64,000 nt of DNA from an uncultured Spirochaetales bacterium (GCA_964653555.1 CAZZFT010000003.1:13642-77641); one strand, 5' to 3'. Shown: positions 9,364-19,341, counted from the first letter of the stretch. A program made the numbers and translations. The notes: a model not told the origin generated them from the sequence alone.

Positions 9364-10497
9364 TCAGTCTCCCTTTCCCTCGGTGAGCTGCACGTGGGCG
9401 CGCAGGGCGGCCCGCGCGGCGGGCGTCATCTTCAGCGGCTGCACCGCGTCGATGTTCACCGCCTGGATGTCGTTGATGCCGACCTCGACCCAGTGCTCGT
9501 CCGCCAGGGTGCGGAGCGTCTCGCCGGGGCCGTGCACGGCACCGCGCGGGTGCCACATGATCGAGGTCCCCTCCATCGGGATGCCGTCGACGTTGCCCGC
9601 GTGCAGGAAGCCGATCTCGTCGTAGTCGACGTTGCGGTGGTAGTAGGGGAGCCGGGGCGCCTCGCGGTCGCGCTGGAAGGGATGCGGCACGAAGTTGCAC
9701 AGGATCCAGCCCGGCGCGCGGAACAGCGCGAAGGCGGTCGGGGGGACGTGGTTGCGGTCGGCGCTGATCGGACGGAAGTCGGTGTTGTGGAAGCGGAAGG
9801 GGAACAGGTCGCCCTTCCAGCCCACTACGTCGATCGGATGGGTGTCGAAGAAGAAGGCGGTCAGCTCGCCGCCGCGCTGCACGCGCAGCTCGTACTCCTC
9901 GCCGGCGGCCGCCGACAGGGCCTTCGGCTCGGGCACTTCGATCACGTCCGGATCGAAGGGGTTGTGGCGCCCGAGCAGCGTGTGCTCGGCGAAGTCGATC
10001 TCGCCGCGCGACTCGATGTGGAGCAGATAGTTGTCCGTCGTGCGCGGCACGATGCGCTGGGTGATCCCCTTCGGAACCACGAGGTAATCGCCGGGCCGGA
10101 AGTCGAGGGGACCGAACTCGGTCTCCAGCGTCCCCTCCCCGCGGTGCACGAACCACATCTCGTCGGCGTCGGCGTTGCGGAAGTAGAAGGGCAGCGGCTC
10201 GCGCCGCTGGCTCACCGAGACGACGAGATCCTCGTTGTGCCACAGGACGGCGCGCTCCGCGCGCGCGTCCTCGGCGTCGGGCGCCCTCACCTGCTCGCCG
10301 TCGACGTCGCCGGGGGCGTAGTGGCCTTCGACCCGGACCCAGCGGGTGGGCTCGTTGACGCGGTACACCTCGGCGACGCGACCCTGGAAGCCGCCGCGGC
10401 CGATCTCCTCCTCCTTCAGCCCCTTCGGAACCCGGATGTGGGCCTGCCGGGGGAACTGACCCTTGGCGCGGTGGATCCAGGAGTTCTTCATGCGCAT
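9364..10497 (-). CDS. hmgA: Homogentisate 1,2-dioxygenase-like ring-cleavage dioxygenase
   Basis: FRNADADE, PIDVVGWKG, HVPPT, YHRNVDYDE and HGP motifs. ATG at 10497 follows GGAGG. Confidence 0.75.
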   Translation of the reverse strand: MRMKNSWIHRAKGQFPRQAHIRVPKGLKEEEIGRGGFQGRVAEVYRVNEPTRWVRVEGHYAPGDVDGEQVRAPDAEDARAERAVLWHNEDLVVSVSQRREPLPFYFRNADADEMWFVHRGEGTLETEFGPLDFRPGDYLVVPKGITQRIVPRTTDNYLLHIESRGEIDFAEHTLLGRHNPFDPDVIEVPEPKALSAAAGEEYELRVQRGGELTAFFFDTHPIDVVGWKGDLFPFRFHNTDFRPISADRNHVPPTAFALFRAPGWILCNFVPHPFQRDREAPRLPYYHRNVDYDEIGFLHAGNVDGIPMEGTSIMWHPRGAVHGPGETLRTLADEHWVEVGINDIQAVNIDAVQPLKMTPAARAALRAHVQLTEGKGD

Positions 10498-10522
10498 CGT
10501 CCTCCGGCGAGTGGCGTCGCCC

Positions 10523-11314
10523 TCACTCGAACTTCGGAGAGGCCGACTTCGCGGCGATGCCGCAGTCGGCGACGAAGTTCGCTCCCGATACGTAGGACGC
10601 CTCGTCCGAGGCGAGGAACAGCGCCACGGCGGCCATCTCCTCGGGCTTGCCGAGGCGGCCGAAGGGGATCTGCTTGTAGTAGCGGTCGAGCGACCCTTCG
10701 TTGCCCGGCATCTGGTCGACGAAGGCGAGCAGCGGGGGCGTGGCGATCGGCCCCGGACAGATCGCGTTGATCCGGATCCCGTACTCGGCGTTCTCGATCG
10801 CCGCCGTCTCGGTGAGGCTGAGCACCGCGCGCTTCGCGGCCGAGTAGGGGGCCAGGGTGATCTCCGAGCGCACGCCGGCGCCCGAGGACACGTTGATGAT
10901 CGAGCCGCTGCGCTGGGCGCGCATCGGCACCAGCGCCGCGCGGATCGCATAGAAGGTCCCGTCGAGGGTGACGCTGAAGTTGCTGCGCCACTCCTCGTCG
11001 GTGAGGGCGTCCAGCGTGCCGATCGTCATGAAGAACGCGCAGTTCATCAGCACGTCGAGGCGCCCGTAGCGGGAGACCGCCTCCTGGATCAGGGTGTCCA
11101 CCTGGGCCGAATCGGAGACGTCGGCGGGGAACGCGACGCCCACGCCCCCGGCGGCCTCGATCTCCTTCGCGACCACGCCGGCGGCGTCGCCGTTGAGGTC
11201 GTTCACCACCACCTTCGCGCCCTCGGCGGCGAAGCGCAGGGCCGAGGCCCGTCCAATGCCCGAGCCGCCTCCCGTGACCACGGCGACCTTGCCTGCGATG
11301 CGACCCTGGCTCAT
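10523..11314 (-). CDS. SDR family oxidoreductase
   Basis: TGGGSGIG and YSAAK motifs. Confidence 0.92.
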   Translation of the reverse strand: MSQGRIAGKVAVVTGGGSGIGRASALRFAAEGAKVVVNDLNGDAAGVVAKEIEAAGGVGVAFPADVSDSAQVDTLIQEAVSRYGRLDVLMNCAFFMTIGTLDALTDEEWRSNFSVTLDGTFYAIRAALVPMRAQRSGSIINVSSGAGVRSEITLAPYSAAKRAVLSLTETAAIENAEYGIRINAICPGPIATPPLLAFVDQMPGNEGSLDRYYKQIPFGRLGKPEEMAAVALFLASDEASYVSGANFVADCGIAAKSASPKFE

Positions 11315-11366
11315 CGGCTCCCCTCCCCTGCCGGGGCTGTCGCGCCGCGCGCCCCGGGGTGCCTCC

Positions 11367-11382
11367 CTGACAATTCTATCAA
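11367..11382 (-). promoter_or_regulatory. Conserved 16-bp operator copy (TTGATAGAATTGTCAG on - strand)
   Basis: Matches the recurrent motif. Lies upstream of the 11-gene minus-strand operon and contains a TAGAAT -10-like hexamer. Confidence 0.65.
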
Positions 11383-11417
11383 CACAGTCGCATCATACGC
11401 CCGGGAGCGCCGCGAGT

Positions 11418-12380
11418 TCAACGGTCGACTGACGTCCCCGCGTAGAACTGCTGCGCCCAACGCCGGAAGGCGGGAATCGGCCCGTCCCCCTCGCACAGGG
11501 CGGGCTGGGCGCGGTAGCGCTTGTTCTCCCAGATCGCGAAGTCCTGCTCCACGACCTTCGCCTGCTCGTCCATCTGCGCCGTCAGGTCGGCGATCGCCTG
11601 CTCCTCCCCGCGCCCGTCCCGTCGCCCGATCACGCCGTGGAAGAGCTCGGTGACCTCGTCGTCGACCGGCGTGATCGCCGTGACGCTGAGCGTCGCGAAG
11701 GCGCCCGTGTAGTAGTTGGCGCAGTAGCCAAGCCCCCAGTTGTAGGCGCGCAGGTGGAGGTCGGTGCTGGGGCCGGCCACCGGGGAGTGCTCGTAGCGGG
11801 TGTCGATCCGCCAGGTGAAGAGCGGGCCCTCGAAGCTCTCGCTGCGATCGTCGGGAGCCGCCATCGAGTGGACCTGCGCGAAGTGGGGCCAGTCGATCGC
11901 GTTCTCCATGATCTCCTGGGGCTGGGTGCGCAGCGTCCACCGGTAGCGGATCCAGCGCGAGGTCCAGTCGGGCGAGCCGTACTCGGGCAGCTTCGGGATC
12001 TGCCACGAAGGCGGCTTGCCCTCGGCGTGGTGCCAGAGGTAGATGCGATCGTCCACCTCGCAGACGGGATAGCTCCGGGTGCGCGCCGCGGGCGGAATGC
12101 GCTTCGCGTAGGGGATCTCCACGCAGCGCCCGTCCCCGTTCCAGCGCCAGCCGTGGAAGGGACAGCGGATCGTCACGCCCTCGACGCGGCCGCCGACGCC
12201 GAGGTGGGCGCCCAGATGCGCGCAGTAGGCGTCGAGCACGCGCGCGGCCCCGCCCTGCTCGCGGAAGGCCACCAGCTCGCGGCCGAGGTAGCGCAGAGGC
12301 TTCACGTCGCCGGCGGCGAGCTCGTCGGAGTAGAGGATCTGGAACCAGCCGTTCGGCGTTCCGAAGGGGAATCGCGGCAT
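11418..12380 (-). CDS. Rieske [2Fe-2S] oxygenase, KshA/Nvd-like (paralog 1)
   Basis: PNGWF; CAHLG...CPFHGW Rieske motif; ENAIDWPHFxxVH and QDFAIW iron ligands. ATG at 12380. Confidence 0.9.
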   Translation of the reverse strand: MPRFPFGTPNGWFQILYSDELAAGDVKPLRYLGRELVAFREQGGAARVLDAYCAHLGAHLGVGGRVEGVTIRCPFHGWRWNGDGRCVEIPYAKRIPPAARTRSYPVCEVDDRIYLWHHAEGKPPSWQIPKLPEYGSPDWTSRWIRYRWTLRTQPQEIMENAIDWPHFAQVHSMAAPDDRSESFEGPLFTWRIDTRYEHSPVAGPSTDLHLRAYNWGLGYCANYYTGAFATLSVTAITPVDDEVTELFHGVIGRRDGRGEEQAIADLTAQMDEQAKVVEQDFAIWENKRYRAQPALCEGDGPIPAFRRWAQQFYAGTSVDR

Positions 12381-12454
12381 CTTCGCCTCCGTCCGCTGCA
12401 CCCGCTCGCGGAGACCGGCCTCTCGCACCCGGGGCGATCGCCGGCGCGGCGGAT

Positions 12455-12470
12455 CTGATAGGATACTCAG
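12455..12470 (+). promoter_or_regulatory. Conserved 16-bp operator copy (CTGATAGGATACTCAG)
   Basis: In the divergent Rieske/LLM intergenic region. Identical to the reverse complement of 38488-38503. Confidence 0.8.
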
Positions 12471-12499
12471 TTGAGGCCGAAGGCGATACCCGGGGCACG

Positions 12500-13513
12500 A
12501 TGATCCAGTTCCGACTCCGCTACGACCTGCGCTGTCCGGCAGCCCTGGGAAGCGACCCGGTCGCTCTCTACGCGGCTGCCCTCGCCCAGTGTCGCTGGGC
12601 CGATCGGCTCGGCTTCGAGTCCGTGATCCTCTCGGAGCACCACGGAGTCGAGGACGGCTACCTGCCCGCCGCGACGGTGTTCGGCGCCGCGGTGGCCGGC
12701 TGCACGCGCGGCCTGCGCATCCGGCTCGCGGCGCTCGTGGCCGCGCTCCACGATCCGCTGCGCCTCGCCGAGGAGCTCGCCGTGCTCGATCTCGCGAGCG
12801 GCGGAAGGCTGGACCTGGTGCTGGCCAACGGCTACGTGGCGGAGGAGTTCGCGATGTTCGGGCGCACCGTCGCCGAGCGCGCCCGCGCGGTGGAGGAGGC
12901 GGTCGAGGTGCTCGAGCGCGCGTGGAGCGGCCAGCCCTTCGTCCACCGCGGCCGCACGGTGCGCGTGACGCCGCGACCCGCGCAGCGTCCGCGCCCCCCG
13001 ATCTGGCTCGGTGGGTCGTCGCGGCCCGCCGCGCGACGCGCCGCGCGGATCGCCGACGGCTTCGCTCCCTCCACACCGGCGAGCTGGGAGGACTACCGTG
13101 AGGCGCTGCGCGAGCGCGGCGCGGCCGATCCCGGACCCCTCCCGCGCTCGGCGGGGGGCATGTTCCTGCACGTCGCGGAGGATCCCGACGCCGCCTGGGA
13201 GCGCATCGCGCCGCACGCGCTGCACGAGATGAACTCCTACGGCCGCTGGGCCGCGGCGTCGGGCGCGGACACCGGCTACGTCTCCGTCGAGGACGCGGAC
13301 GCGCTGCGCGCGCGCGGCCTGTATCGCGTGATCACGCCGAAGGCCTGCGTGGAGCTGCTCGCGAAGATGGGTGCGGGGGGCAGCTTCACGCTCCATCCCC
13401 TGATGGGCGGCCTCGATCCGGACCTCGCCTGGCAGAGTCTCGCGCTGATCGAGCACGAGGTGCTCCCGGCCCTCGATGCGGAGCTGCGGCCCGCACCCCG
13501 GCCCGGGGACTAG
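12500..13513 (+). CDS. LLM-class flavin-dependent oxidoreductase
   Basis: SEHH, DPLRLAEELAVLDLASGGR and PRPAQRPRPPIW motifs. Confidence 0.9.
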   Translation: MIQFRLRYDLRCPAALGSDPVALYAAALAQCRWADRLGFESVILSEHHGVEDGYLPAATVFGAAVAGCTRGLRIRLAALVAALHDPLRLAEELAVLDLASGGRLDLVLANGYVAEEFAMFGRTVAERARAVEEAVEVLERAWSGQPFVHRGRTVRVTPRPAQRPRPPIWLGGSSRPAARRAARIADGFAPSTPASWEDYREALRERGAADPGPLPRSAGGMFLHVAEDPDAAWERIAPHALHEMNSYGRWAAASGADTGYVSVEDADALRARGLYRVITPKACVELLAKMGAGGSFTLHPLMGGLDPDLAWQSLALIEHEVLPALDAELRPAPRPGD

Positions 13514-15474
13514 GGAAGCGGCAGCGCGAAGGCCACCAGGGCGTCGCCCGAGGCACTGAAGCCGTGCCCGCCCGCCGCGATCACCACGAACTGCCTGCCG
13601 TCGCGCCGGATGCGGTAGGTGAGCGGGGTGGCGTTGCCCGTGAAGGGCAGCCGGTGGCTCCAGATCTCCTCGCCGTCCGCCAGATCGAAGGCGCGCAGGA
13701 ACTTGTCCGTGGTGGCGGCGATGAACACGAGGCCCGAGGCCGTCACGATCGAGCCGCCGCCGAAGTTGGGCGTGCCCAGGCGCAGCCAGATCGGAAAGGG
13801 CGCCATGTCCCGCGTCGTCCCCAGCACCGACTCCCACCGCACTTCGCCGCTCGCGAGGTCCACCCCCACCAGCGTTCCCCAGGGCGGCGGATTGCAGGGA
13901 GCACCGAGCGGCGAGAGGACCGGCCCGCGGTAGGCGCCGTAGGGCGTTCCGCGCATCGGGTAGAACTCGAGGGGGAACCGGGCGACCTTCCGCTCGGGCA
14001 GCGTCTCGTAGATCTCGCGCGGGATCAGGCGCACCTCCGCGATCGCGCGGGTGACGTTGGCGACCAGGATGCCGGCGTGCGGCTCGAAGGCGATCCCGCC
14101 CCAGTTCATCCCCCCGGCCGGCCCGGGATACTCGAGCGTCCCTTCCTCGGTGGGCGGGGTGAAGATTCCGTCGTTGCGCAGCGACTCCAGCTTCTCCCGA
14201 CAGCGCCCGCGGTCCCAGAACGTGAAGCCGAACGCGTCCTCCGGCCCGACCCGCTGCGGATGGAGCGGCGGCGGATGGGTCGGGAAGGGCTGGGTGGGCG
14301 AGAGCGCCTCCCCCAGCGCGCCGCCCTGGGGCACGGGGCGCTCCTCCACCGGGTAGAGCGGGACGCCGGTCTCCCTGTCGAGCAGGAAGACGTTGCCGAC
14401 CTTCGTCGCCTGGGCCAGCGCCGGCACGCCGTTCGCCACCGCAGCGTCCTGGAAGAGCAGCGGCGCCGTGCCGACGTCGTAGTCCCAGACGTCGTGGTGC
14501 ACGGTCTGGAAGTGCCACGCGACGCCTCCATCTTCGAGGCGCAGCGCCACGACGGAGCTCGAGTAGTAGTCGAGTCCCTTGCGTTCGCCGCCGTAGAGGT
14601 CCGGCGCGGCGTTGCCGGTGGGAACGAAGACGAGCCCCCGCTCCGCGTCGCCCGACAGGATCGACCACACGTTGGGCGTGCCGGGAGCGTAGGCGGGGCC
14701 CCCGGACGTCTCCGGCCGCGACACCCCGGGCGGGACCGGGTCCCAGGCCCAGAGCAGGCGACCGCTCCGGGCGTCGAAGGCGCGCACCACGCCGCTCGGC
14801 GCATCGACGCGGACGTTGTCGGCCACGAAGGACCCCACCACCACGCGATCGCGCAGGACCAGCGGAGGGGAAGTGGTGTAGTACTCCCAGTCGGGGGCCT
14901 CGCCGATGCCCGCGCGCAGGTTCACGCGCCCCGCGGAGCCGAAGTCGGTGCAGGGCGCGCCCGTCCGCGCGTCGAGGGCGATCAGCTCCGAGTCCGTGGT
15001 CGCGGTGTAGATCCGCGCGCTGCAGACGGCGTCCTTCGGCGCCGCGGCGTCGCGCCAGTAGGAGACGCCGCGGCACGTGTAGAAGTAGGGCCCGCCGAGC
15101 CGCTCGATGCGGAGCTTCGGGTCGAAGGTCCAGCGCTCGGCGCCGGTCTCCGGGTCGAGGGCGATCACCCGGTTCAGGCCCGTGCAGAAGTAGAGCGTGT
15201 CGTCGACGACGATCGGCGTCGCTTCGAAGGTGGTGCGCGCCCCGCCGTCGCTGCCGTCGCGCACGTCGCCGTGGTGGTAGACCCAGGCGACGTCGAGGGC
15301 GTCCACGTTGCCGGGATCGATCTGGGTGAGCGGCGAGGCGTGCGTGTTGCCGGCGTCGCCGCCCTGCACGGGCCAGTCGGCGACCGGGCCCGAGTAGTCG
15401 ATCTCGACCGGCGCGCCGCAGCCCGAGAGCAGCGCGGCCGCCACCGCCGCGATCGCGAGACGTCCGGCGTCCAT
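13510..15474 (-). CDS. PQQ-dependent dehydrogenase (glucose/quinate family) with lipoprotein-like signal
   Basis: FEATP, CRGVSYW, VHHDVWDYD and CNPPPWG motifs; N-terminal LLSGC lipobox. Confidence 0.88.
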   Translation of the reverse strand: MDAGRLAIAAVAAALLSGCGAPVEIDYSGPVADWPVQGGDAGNTHASPLTQIDPGNVDALDVAWVYHHGDVRDGSDGGARTTFEATPIVVDDTLYFCTGLNRVIALDPETGAERWTFDPKLRIERLGGPYFYTCRGVSYWRDAAAPKDAVCSARIYTATTDSELIALDARTGAPCTDFGSAGRVNLRAGIGEAPDWEYYTTSPPLVLRDRVVVGSFVADNVRVDAPSGVVRAFDARSGRLLWAWDPVPPGVSRPETSGGPAYAPGTPNVWSILSGDAERGLVFVPTGNAAPDLYGGERKGLDYYSSSVVALRLEDGGVAWHFQTVHHDVWDYDVGTAPLLFQDAAVANGVPALAQATKVGNVFLLDRETGVPLYPVEERPVPQGGALGEALSPTQPFPTHPPPLHPQRVGPEDAFGFTFWDRGRCREKLESLRNDGIFTPPTEEGTLEYPGPAGGMNWGGIAFEPHAGILVANVTRAIAEVRLIPREIYETLPERKVARFPLEFYPMRGTPYGAYRGPVLSPLGAPCNPPPWGTLVGVDLASGEVRWESVLGTTRDMAPFPIWLRLGTPNFGGGSIVTASGLVFIAATTDKFLRAFDLADGEEIWSHRLPFTGNATPLTYRIRRDGRQFVVIAAGGHGFSASGDALVAFALPLP

Positions 15475-16512
15475 TCAGCGGCGGTCGTGGCGGACGGCCG
15501 GGTCGTCGCCGACGCGGACCAGCATCTTGCCCCGATTGCGGCCGACCAGCACCCCGATCAGCGCCTCGGCGGCCGACTCGATGCCCGGGAGGATCGTCTC
15601 CTCCGAGTGCAGCAGTCCCGCCTCGATCCAGGCGCTCACGTCCTCGCGGAAGCGCTCCATGCGGTGGGCGAAGTTGTTCACCGTGAAGCCCGCAACCGTG
15701 ACCTGTCGCGTGATCAGCTGGAACAGGTTGCTCGGTCCGGGCGGCGGCGTCGCGTCGTTGTACTGGGAGACCATGCCGCACAGCGCGATCCGCCCGAGCG
15801 GGCGGATGTGATCGATCGCCGCCTCGAGGTGACGACCTCCCACGTTGTCGAAGTACACGTCGATCCCGCCGGGACAGCACTCGCTCAACGCCTCTCCCGG
15901 GTCCGCGCTGCGGTAGTCGAAGCAGTGGTCGAAGCGCAGCACCTCGGTCACCCACTTCGCCTTCTCCGGTGAGCCCGCGCTTCCCACCACGCGACAGCCT
16001 CCGATGCGCGCGATCTGGCCGGCGATGCTGCCGACCGCCCCGGCCGCTCCGGAGACGAAGACGGTCTCGCCCGGCCGGATCTGCGCCACGTCGAGCACGC
16101 CCGCCCAAGCGGTGAGGCCGGTCATTCCGAGCGCGCCCAGATAGAGCGAGAGCGGCCGCTCCGGGCTCACGGGTTGCACCTCCGCGGCGCCGCACAGCGA
16201 CCACTCCCGGAAGCCCGCCATGTGCGTCACGCAGTCGCCGGGGGAGAGGCCCGGCACACGCGATTCCACCACCTCTCCCACGGCGCCGCCGTACAGGGGC
16301 TCGCCCACGCGGAAGGGAGGCAGCAGGTAGTCCTCGTCGTCGCGCATCAGGCCGCGCATGAAGGGATCGACGGAGAGATGGACGTTGCGGACCAGCACCT
16401 GCCCCTCGCCCGGCGAGGGGACGGCCACCTCGGCGAGCGCGAAGTCCTCCGGCTGGGGCGCGCCGGCGGGGCGCCGGCGCAGCTGCACCTCGCGGCTTCG
16501 GCGGTCGGACAC
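15475..16512 (-). CDS. NADP-dependent oxidoreductase (MDR, prostaglandin/alkenal reductase type)
   Basis: LSVDPFMR, LGMTGLTA, VSGAAGAVG and YFDNVGG motifs. Confidence 0.92.
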   Translation of the reverse strand: MSDRRSREVQLRRRPAGAPQPEDFALAEVAVPSPGEGQVLVRNVHLSVDPFMRGLMRDDEDYLLPPFRVGEPLYGGAVGEVVESRVPGLSPGDCVTHMAGFREWSLCGAAEVQPVSPERPLSLYLGALGMTGLTAWAGVLDVAQIRPGETVFVSGAAGAVGSIAGQIARIGGCRVVGSAGSPEKAKWVTEVLRFDHCFDYRSADPGEALSECCPGGIDVYFDNVGGRHLEAAIDHIRPLGRIALCGMVSQYNDATPPPGPSNLFQLITRQVTVAGFTVNNFAHRMERFREDVSAWIEAGLLHSEETILPGIESAAEALIGVLVGRNRGKMLVRVGDDPAVRHDRR

Positions 16513-16560
16513 GGGATCTCCTCGACCGGGCGCAGATCGCGTCCCCCGGCTCGCTCACTG

Positions 16561-16576
16561 TTGATACTATGCTCAG
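16561..16576 (+). promoter_or_regulatory. Conserved 16-bp operator copy (TTGATACTATGCTCAG)
   Basis: In a divergent intergenic region; overlaps a TATGCT -10-like hexamer. Confidence 0.75.
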
Positions 16577-16614
16577 AACCGGTCCGAGGGCAACGAGAAT
16601 CGCAGGAGGCGGCG

Positions 16615-17148
16615 ATGGCTGACAGGGAGACGCGCGATCCGGCAGTCCAGGAGCTGTTGGACAAGCAGGCGATCCACGAGGTGCTGATGCGCTACTGCCG
16701 CGGCGTCGATCGGCGCGACGAGGATCTCCTGTGCAGCGTGTTCCACCCCGACGCGCTGGACGAGCACGGTGTCTTCGACGGCAATGCCCTCGAGTTCGCA
16801 CACATGGCGGTGGACATGCTGAAGCAGTTCACCGCGACCTCGCACATGATCCTGAACGAGTACGTCCAGCTCGAGGGAGACTCGGCGCACGTCGAGTCCT
16901 ACGTGCTGGCGAGCCACCGCTCCGAGCGCGACGGGCGCAAGATCGACATGACCATGGGAGCCCGCTACGTGGACCGCTTCGAGCGGCGCGGAGGTGAGTG
17001 GCGGATCGCCCATCGCGCCGTGGTGCACGACTGGAACCGCGAGCAGACGGTCGAGGCGGAGTGGCCCGAGGCGATCCGCTTCATCCAGGGCCGCCGGGAC
17101 CGAAGAGACCGCTTCTACCGCCCCGACCGGGCGCCCGTTTCTTCTTGA
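16615..17148 (+). CDS. NTF2/SnoaL-like protein
   Basis: YCRGVDRRD...FHPDA and RYVDRFERRGGEWRI motifs. AGGAGG RBS before the ATG at 16615. Confidence 0.88.
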   Translation: MADRETRDPAVQELLDKQAIHEVLMRYCRGVDRRDEDLLCSVFHPDALDEHGVFDGNALEFAHMAVDMLKQFTATSHMILNEYVQLEGDSAHVESYVLASHRSERDGRKIDMTMGARYVDRFERRGGEWRIAHRAVVHDWNREQTVEAEWPEAIRFIQGRRDRRDRFYRPDRAPVSS

Positions 17149-17212
17149 GTCATATGTCAGCTGCGACTAGGCTGGCGCGGCGGGCGCGGCGCCGCCCGGG
17201 AGGCCGATCCAG

Positions 17213-19273
17213 GTGACGGTGGACCGCTACCCCCATCTGCTCTCCCCGCTGCGGATCGGTCCGGTCCGGGTGCGCAACCGGATCCTCCAGAGCGCGCACG
17301 AGAAGTTCTTCCACCAGCGCGACGGGCTCACCACCCGGCGCGACCTGCACTACCAGCGCGAGCGCGCCGAGGGGGGCGCGGGGCTGCTGATCACGGGGCA
17401 CCGGCCGGTGCATCCGACCTCGCCGCCGCCCTCCCGCGGCTTCCCCTTCGGCTACCGCAAGGAGTTCGCTCGCGCGGAGCGCGCGGTCACCGCAGCCGTG
17501 CACGAGGCCGGCGCCGCGATCTTCGCGCAGATCAACCACGTGGGGATGTGCGGCTCCGGCAGCGCTCTCGACGACTACCGCTTCCTGCTGGCGCCCTCCT
17601 CCTTCGCCTCGGTCGCCTTCAACGAGACACCGAAGGCGATGGAGGAAGCGGACTTCGCGATGCTGGAGCAGGCGTTCGCGGACACCGCCGCGGTGGCCTG
17701 CGAGAGCGGATACGACGGCGTCGAGCTCCACATGGCCAACGGCTACCTGCTCCACCAGTTCATGACCCCCGTCTACAACAAGCGCCGCGACGAGTACGGG
17801 GGCTCGCTCGACGGCCGCCTGCGCTTCCCGCTGCGCGTGCTCCGGGCGGTGCGCGAGCGGGTAGGCCGCGACGTGGCCCTCGGCGTGCGGCTCTCGGTCT
17901 CCGACATGATGGCCGGGGGGCTCGAGGCCGAGGAGTGGGCGGAGATCGCCCAGCGCATCGAGGCGACCGGTTGGATCGACTTCGTCGACACCAGCGCCGG
18001 TACCTACAACAGCGGCGCGTGGTCGGTGACGCCGGGCGATCTGGAGCGAGGCTGGGCGCTCGAGCGCGCCGCGCTGCTCAAGAAGGCACTGCGCGCGGTC
18101 CCGCTGTTCGCGGTCGGAGGGATCGGCGACCCGGAGATGGCGGAGCGCGCGATCGCCACCCAGGCCGCCGACATGGTGGCCATGACCCGCGCGCTGATCG
18201 CCGACCCGGCGCTGCCGCGCAAGCTCGCCGAGGGGCGCGAGTCGGAGATCGTCCACTGCATCCGCTGCAACCAGGGCTGCACCGGACGAATCGTGCTCGG
18301 CCGCCCGGTCACCTGCATTCTGAACCCGGCCGCCGGACGCGAGGAACGCTTCGGCGGCGCGCCCCGGCCGGCGCACACTCCCGGGCGCTGGGTGGTGGTG
18401 GGCGGCGGGCCGGCGGGAATGAAGGCCGCGGCGGGCCTGGCCCAGCGCGGGCACCGGGTGACGCTGCTCGAGCGCGAAGGCGAGCTCGGCGGGCAGGTGC
18501 GCTGGATCCTGGCGACGCCGCGCCGCGACGGCTTCGCCCATCTCGTTCGGGATCTCGCGGGCGAGCTCGCGCGGCGCCGGGTCGAGGTGCGGCTCGGTGT
18601 CGCCGCCGACGAGGCGTCGGTGCTCGCCCTGGCGCCCGACGGCGTCGTGCTGGCGACCGGCTCCCGGCCCGAGCGCAGCGGTCGCAGCCCCGTCGCGCCC
18701 GAGGTGGACGTGCTGCCGGGCCTGGAGCTCTCGCCGCTGCTGACCGGCCTCGACGCCCTGCGCGATCCCGAGCGCGTCGGACACCGGGTGCTGCTGCTCG
18801 ACGACGAGGGCAGTCGTTATGCGCTCGGTGTCGCGGAGAAGCTGGCGCAGGACGGCCACGAGGTGCACGTGGTCACGCGCTTCAACGCGATCGGTCCCGC
18901 GACCGCCGTCACCCTCGACCAGGGCGTACTCTACGCGGCGCTGTTCGGGCTCGGCGTGGTCTTCGAGACGAACCACTGGGTGCGCCGCCTCGAGGCCGAC
19001 GGGGCCCTGGTCTACAACCTCTACACCGGAGTCGAACGGCGCCTGGAGGGCTTCGACTCGGTGGTGCTGGTCGGGGCCCACGTGCCCGAGGACGAGCTCC
19101 ATCACGCGCTGGCCGGGCGCGTCGCGCGGCTGCACCGGATCGGCGACTGCCTCGCGCCGCGTCGCCTCGATCAGGCGCTCTACGAGGGATTCCTGGCGGG
19201 TCGGGAGCAGCTCGACCTTCCGGAACGCTTCATCGACGTGGGAGAGCTGGAAGGTCCGCTCCCCGCGCCCTAG
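17213..19273 (+). CDS. NADH:flavin oxidoreductase (OYE-like) with FAD domain, FadH/TMADH type
   Basis: GYLLHQF, NKRRDEYGGS, CIRCNQGC Fe-S motif and VVGGGPAG. Confidence 0.9.
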   Translation: MTVDRYPHLLSPLRIGPVRVRNRILQSAHEKFFHQRDGLTTRRDLHYQRERAEGGAGLLITGHRPVHPTSPPPSRGFPFGYRKEFARAERAVTAAVHEAGAAIFAQINHVGMCGSGSALDDYRFLLAPSSFASVAFNETPKAMEEADFAMLEQAFADTAAVACESGYDGVELHMANGYLLHQFMTPVYNKRRDEYGGSLDGRLRFPLRVLRAVRERVGRDVALGVRLSVSDMMAGGLEAEEWAEIAQRIEATGWIDFVDTSAGTYNSGAWSVTPGDLERGWALERAALLKKALRAVPLFAVGGIGDPEMAERAIATQAADMVAMTRALIADPALPRKLAEGRESEIVHCIRCNQGCTGRIVLGRPVTCILNPAAGREERFGGAPRPAHTPGRWVVVGGGPAGMKAAAGLAQRGHRVTLLEREGELGGQVRWILATPRRDGFAHLVRDLAGELARRRVEVRLGVAADEASVLALAPDGVVLATGSRPERSGRSPVAPEVDVLPGLELSPLLTGLDALRDPERVGHRVLLLDDEGSRYALGVAEKLAQDGHEVHVVTRFNAIGPATAVTLDQGVLYAALFGLGVVFETNHWVRRLEADGALVYNLYTGVERRLEGFDSVVLVGAHVPEDELHHALAGRVARLHRIGDCLAPRRLDQALYEGFLAGREQLDLPERFIDVGELEGPLPAP

Positions 19274-19274
19274 G

Positions 19275-19304
19275 GCGGCGGGTCCCAAGTTGGGACCGCG
19301 CCGC
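19275..19304. other. Intergenic stem-loop
   Basis: GCGGCG-GGTCCCAA / TTGGGACC-G-CGCCGC inverted repeat with no U-tract. Confidence 0.4.
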
Positions 19305-19341
19305 TCGACGAGATCCATCGACGAACAGGAGGGAAGATCCC

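Noticed and set aside
1988-16801. Very long ORFs such as 1988..6109 (+), 7990..10770 (+) and 12467..16801 (-)
   Set aside because: They are Arg/Pro/Gly-rich shadow frames overlapping well-supported genes, as expected from stop-codon scarcity at high GC.
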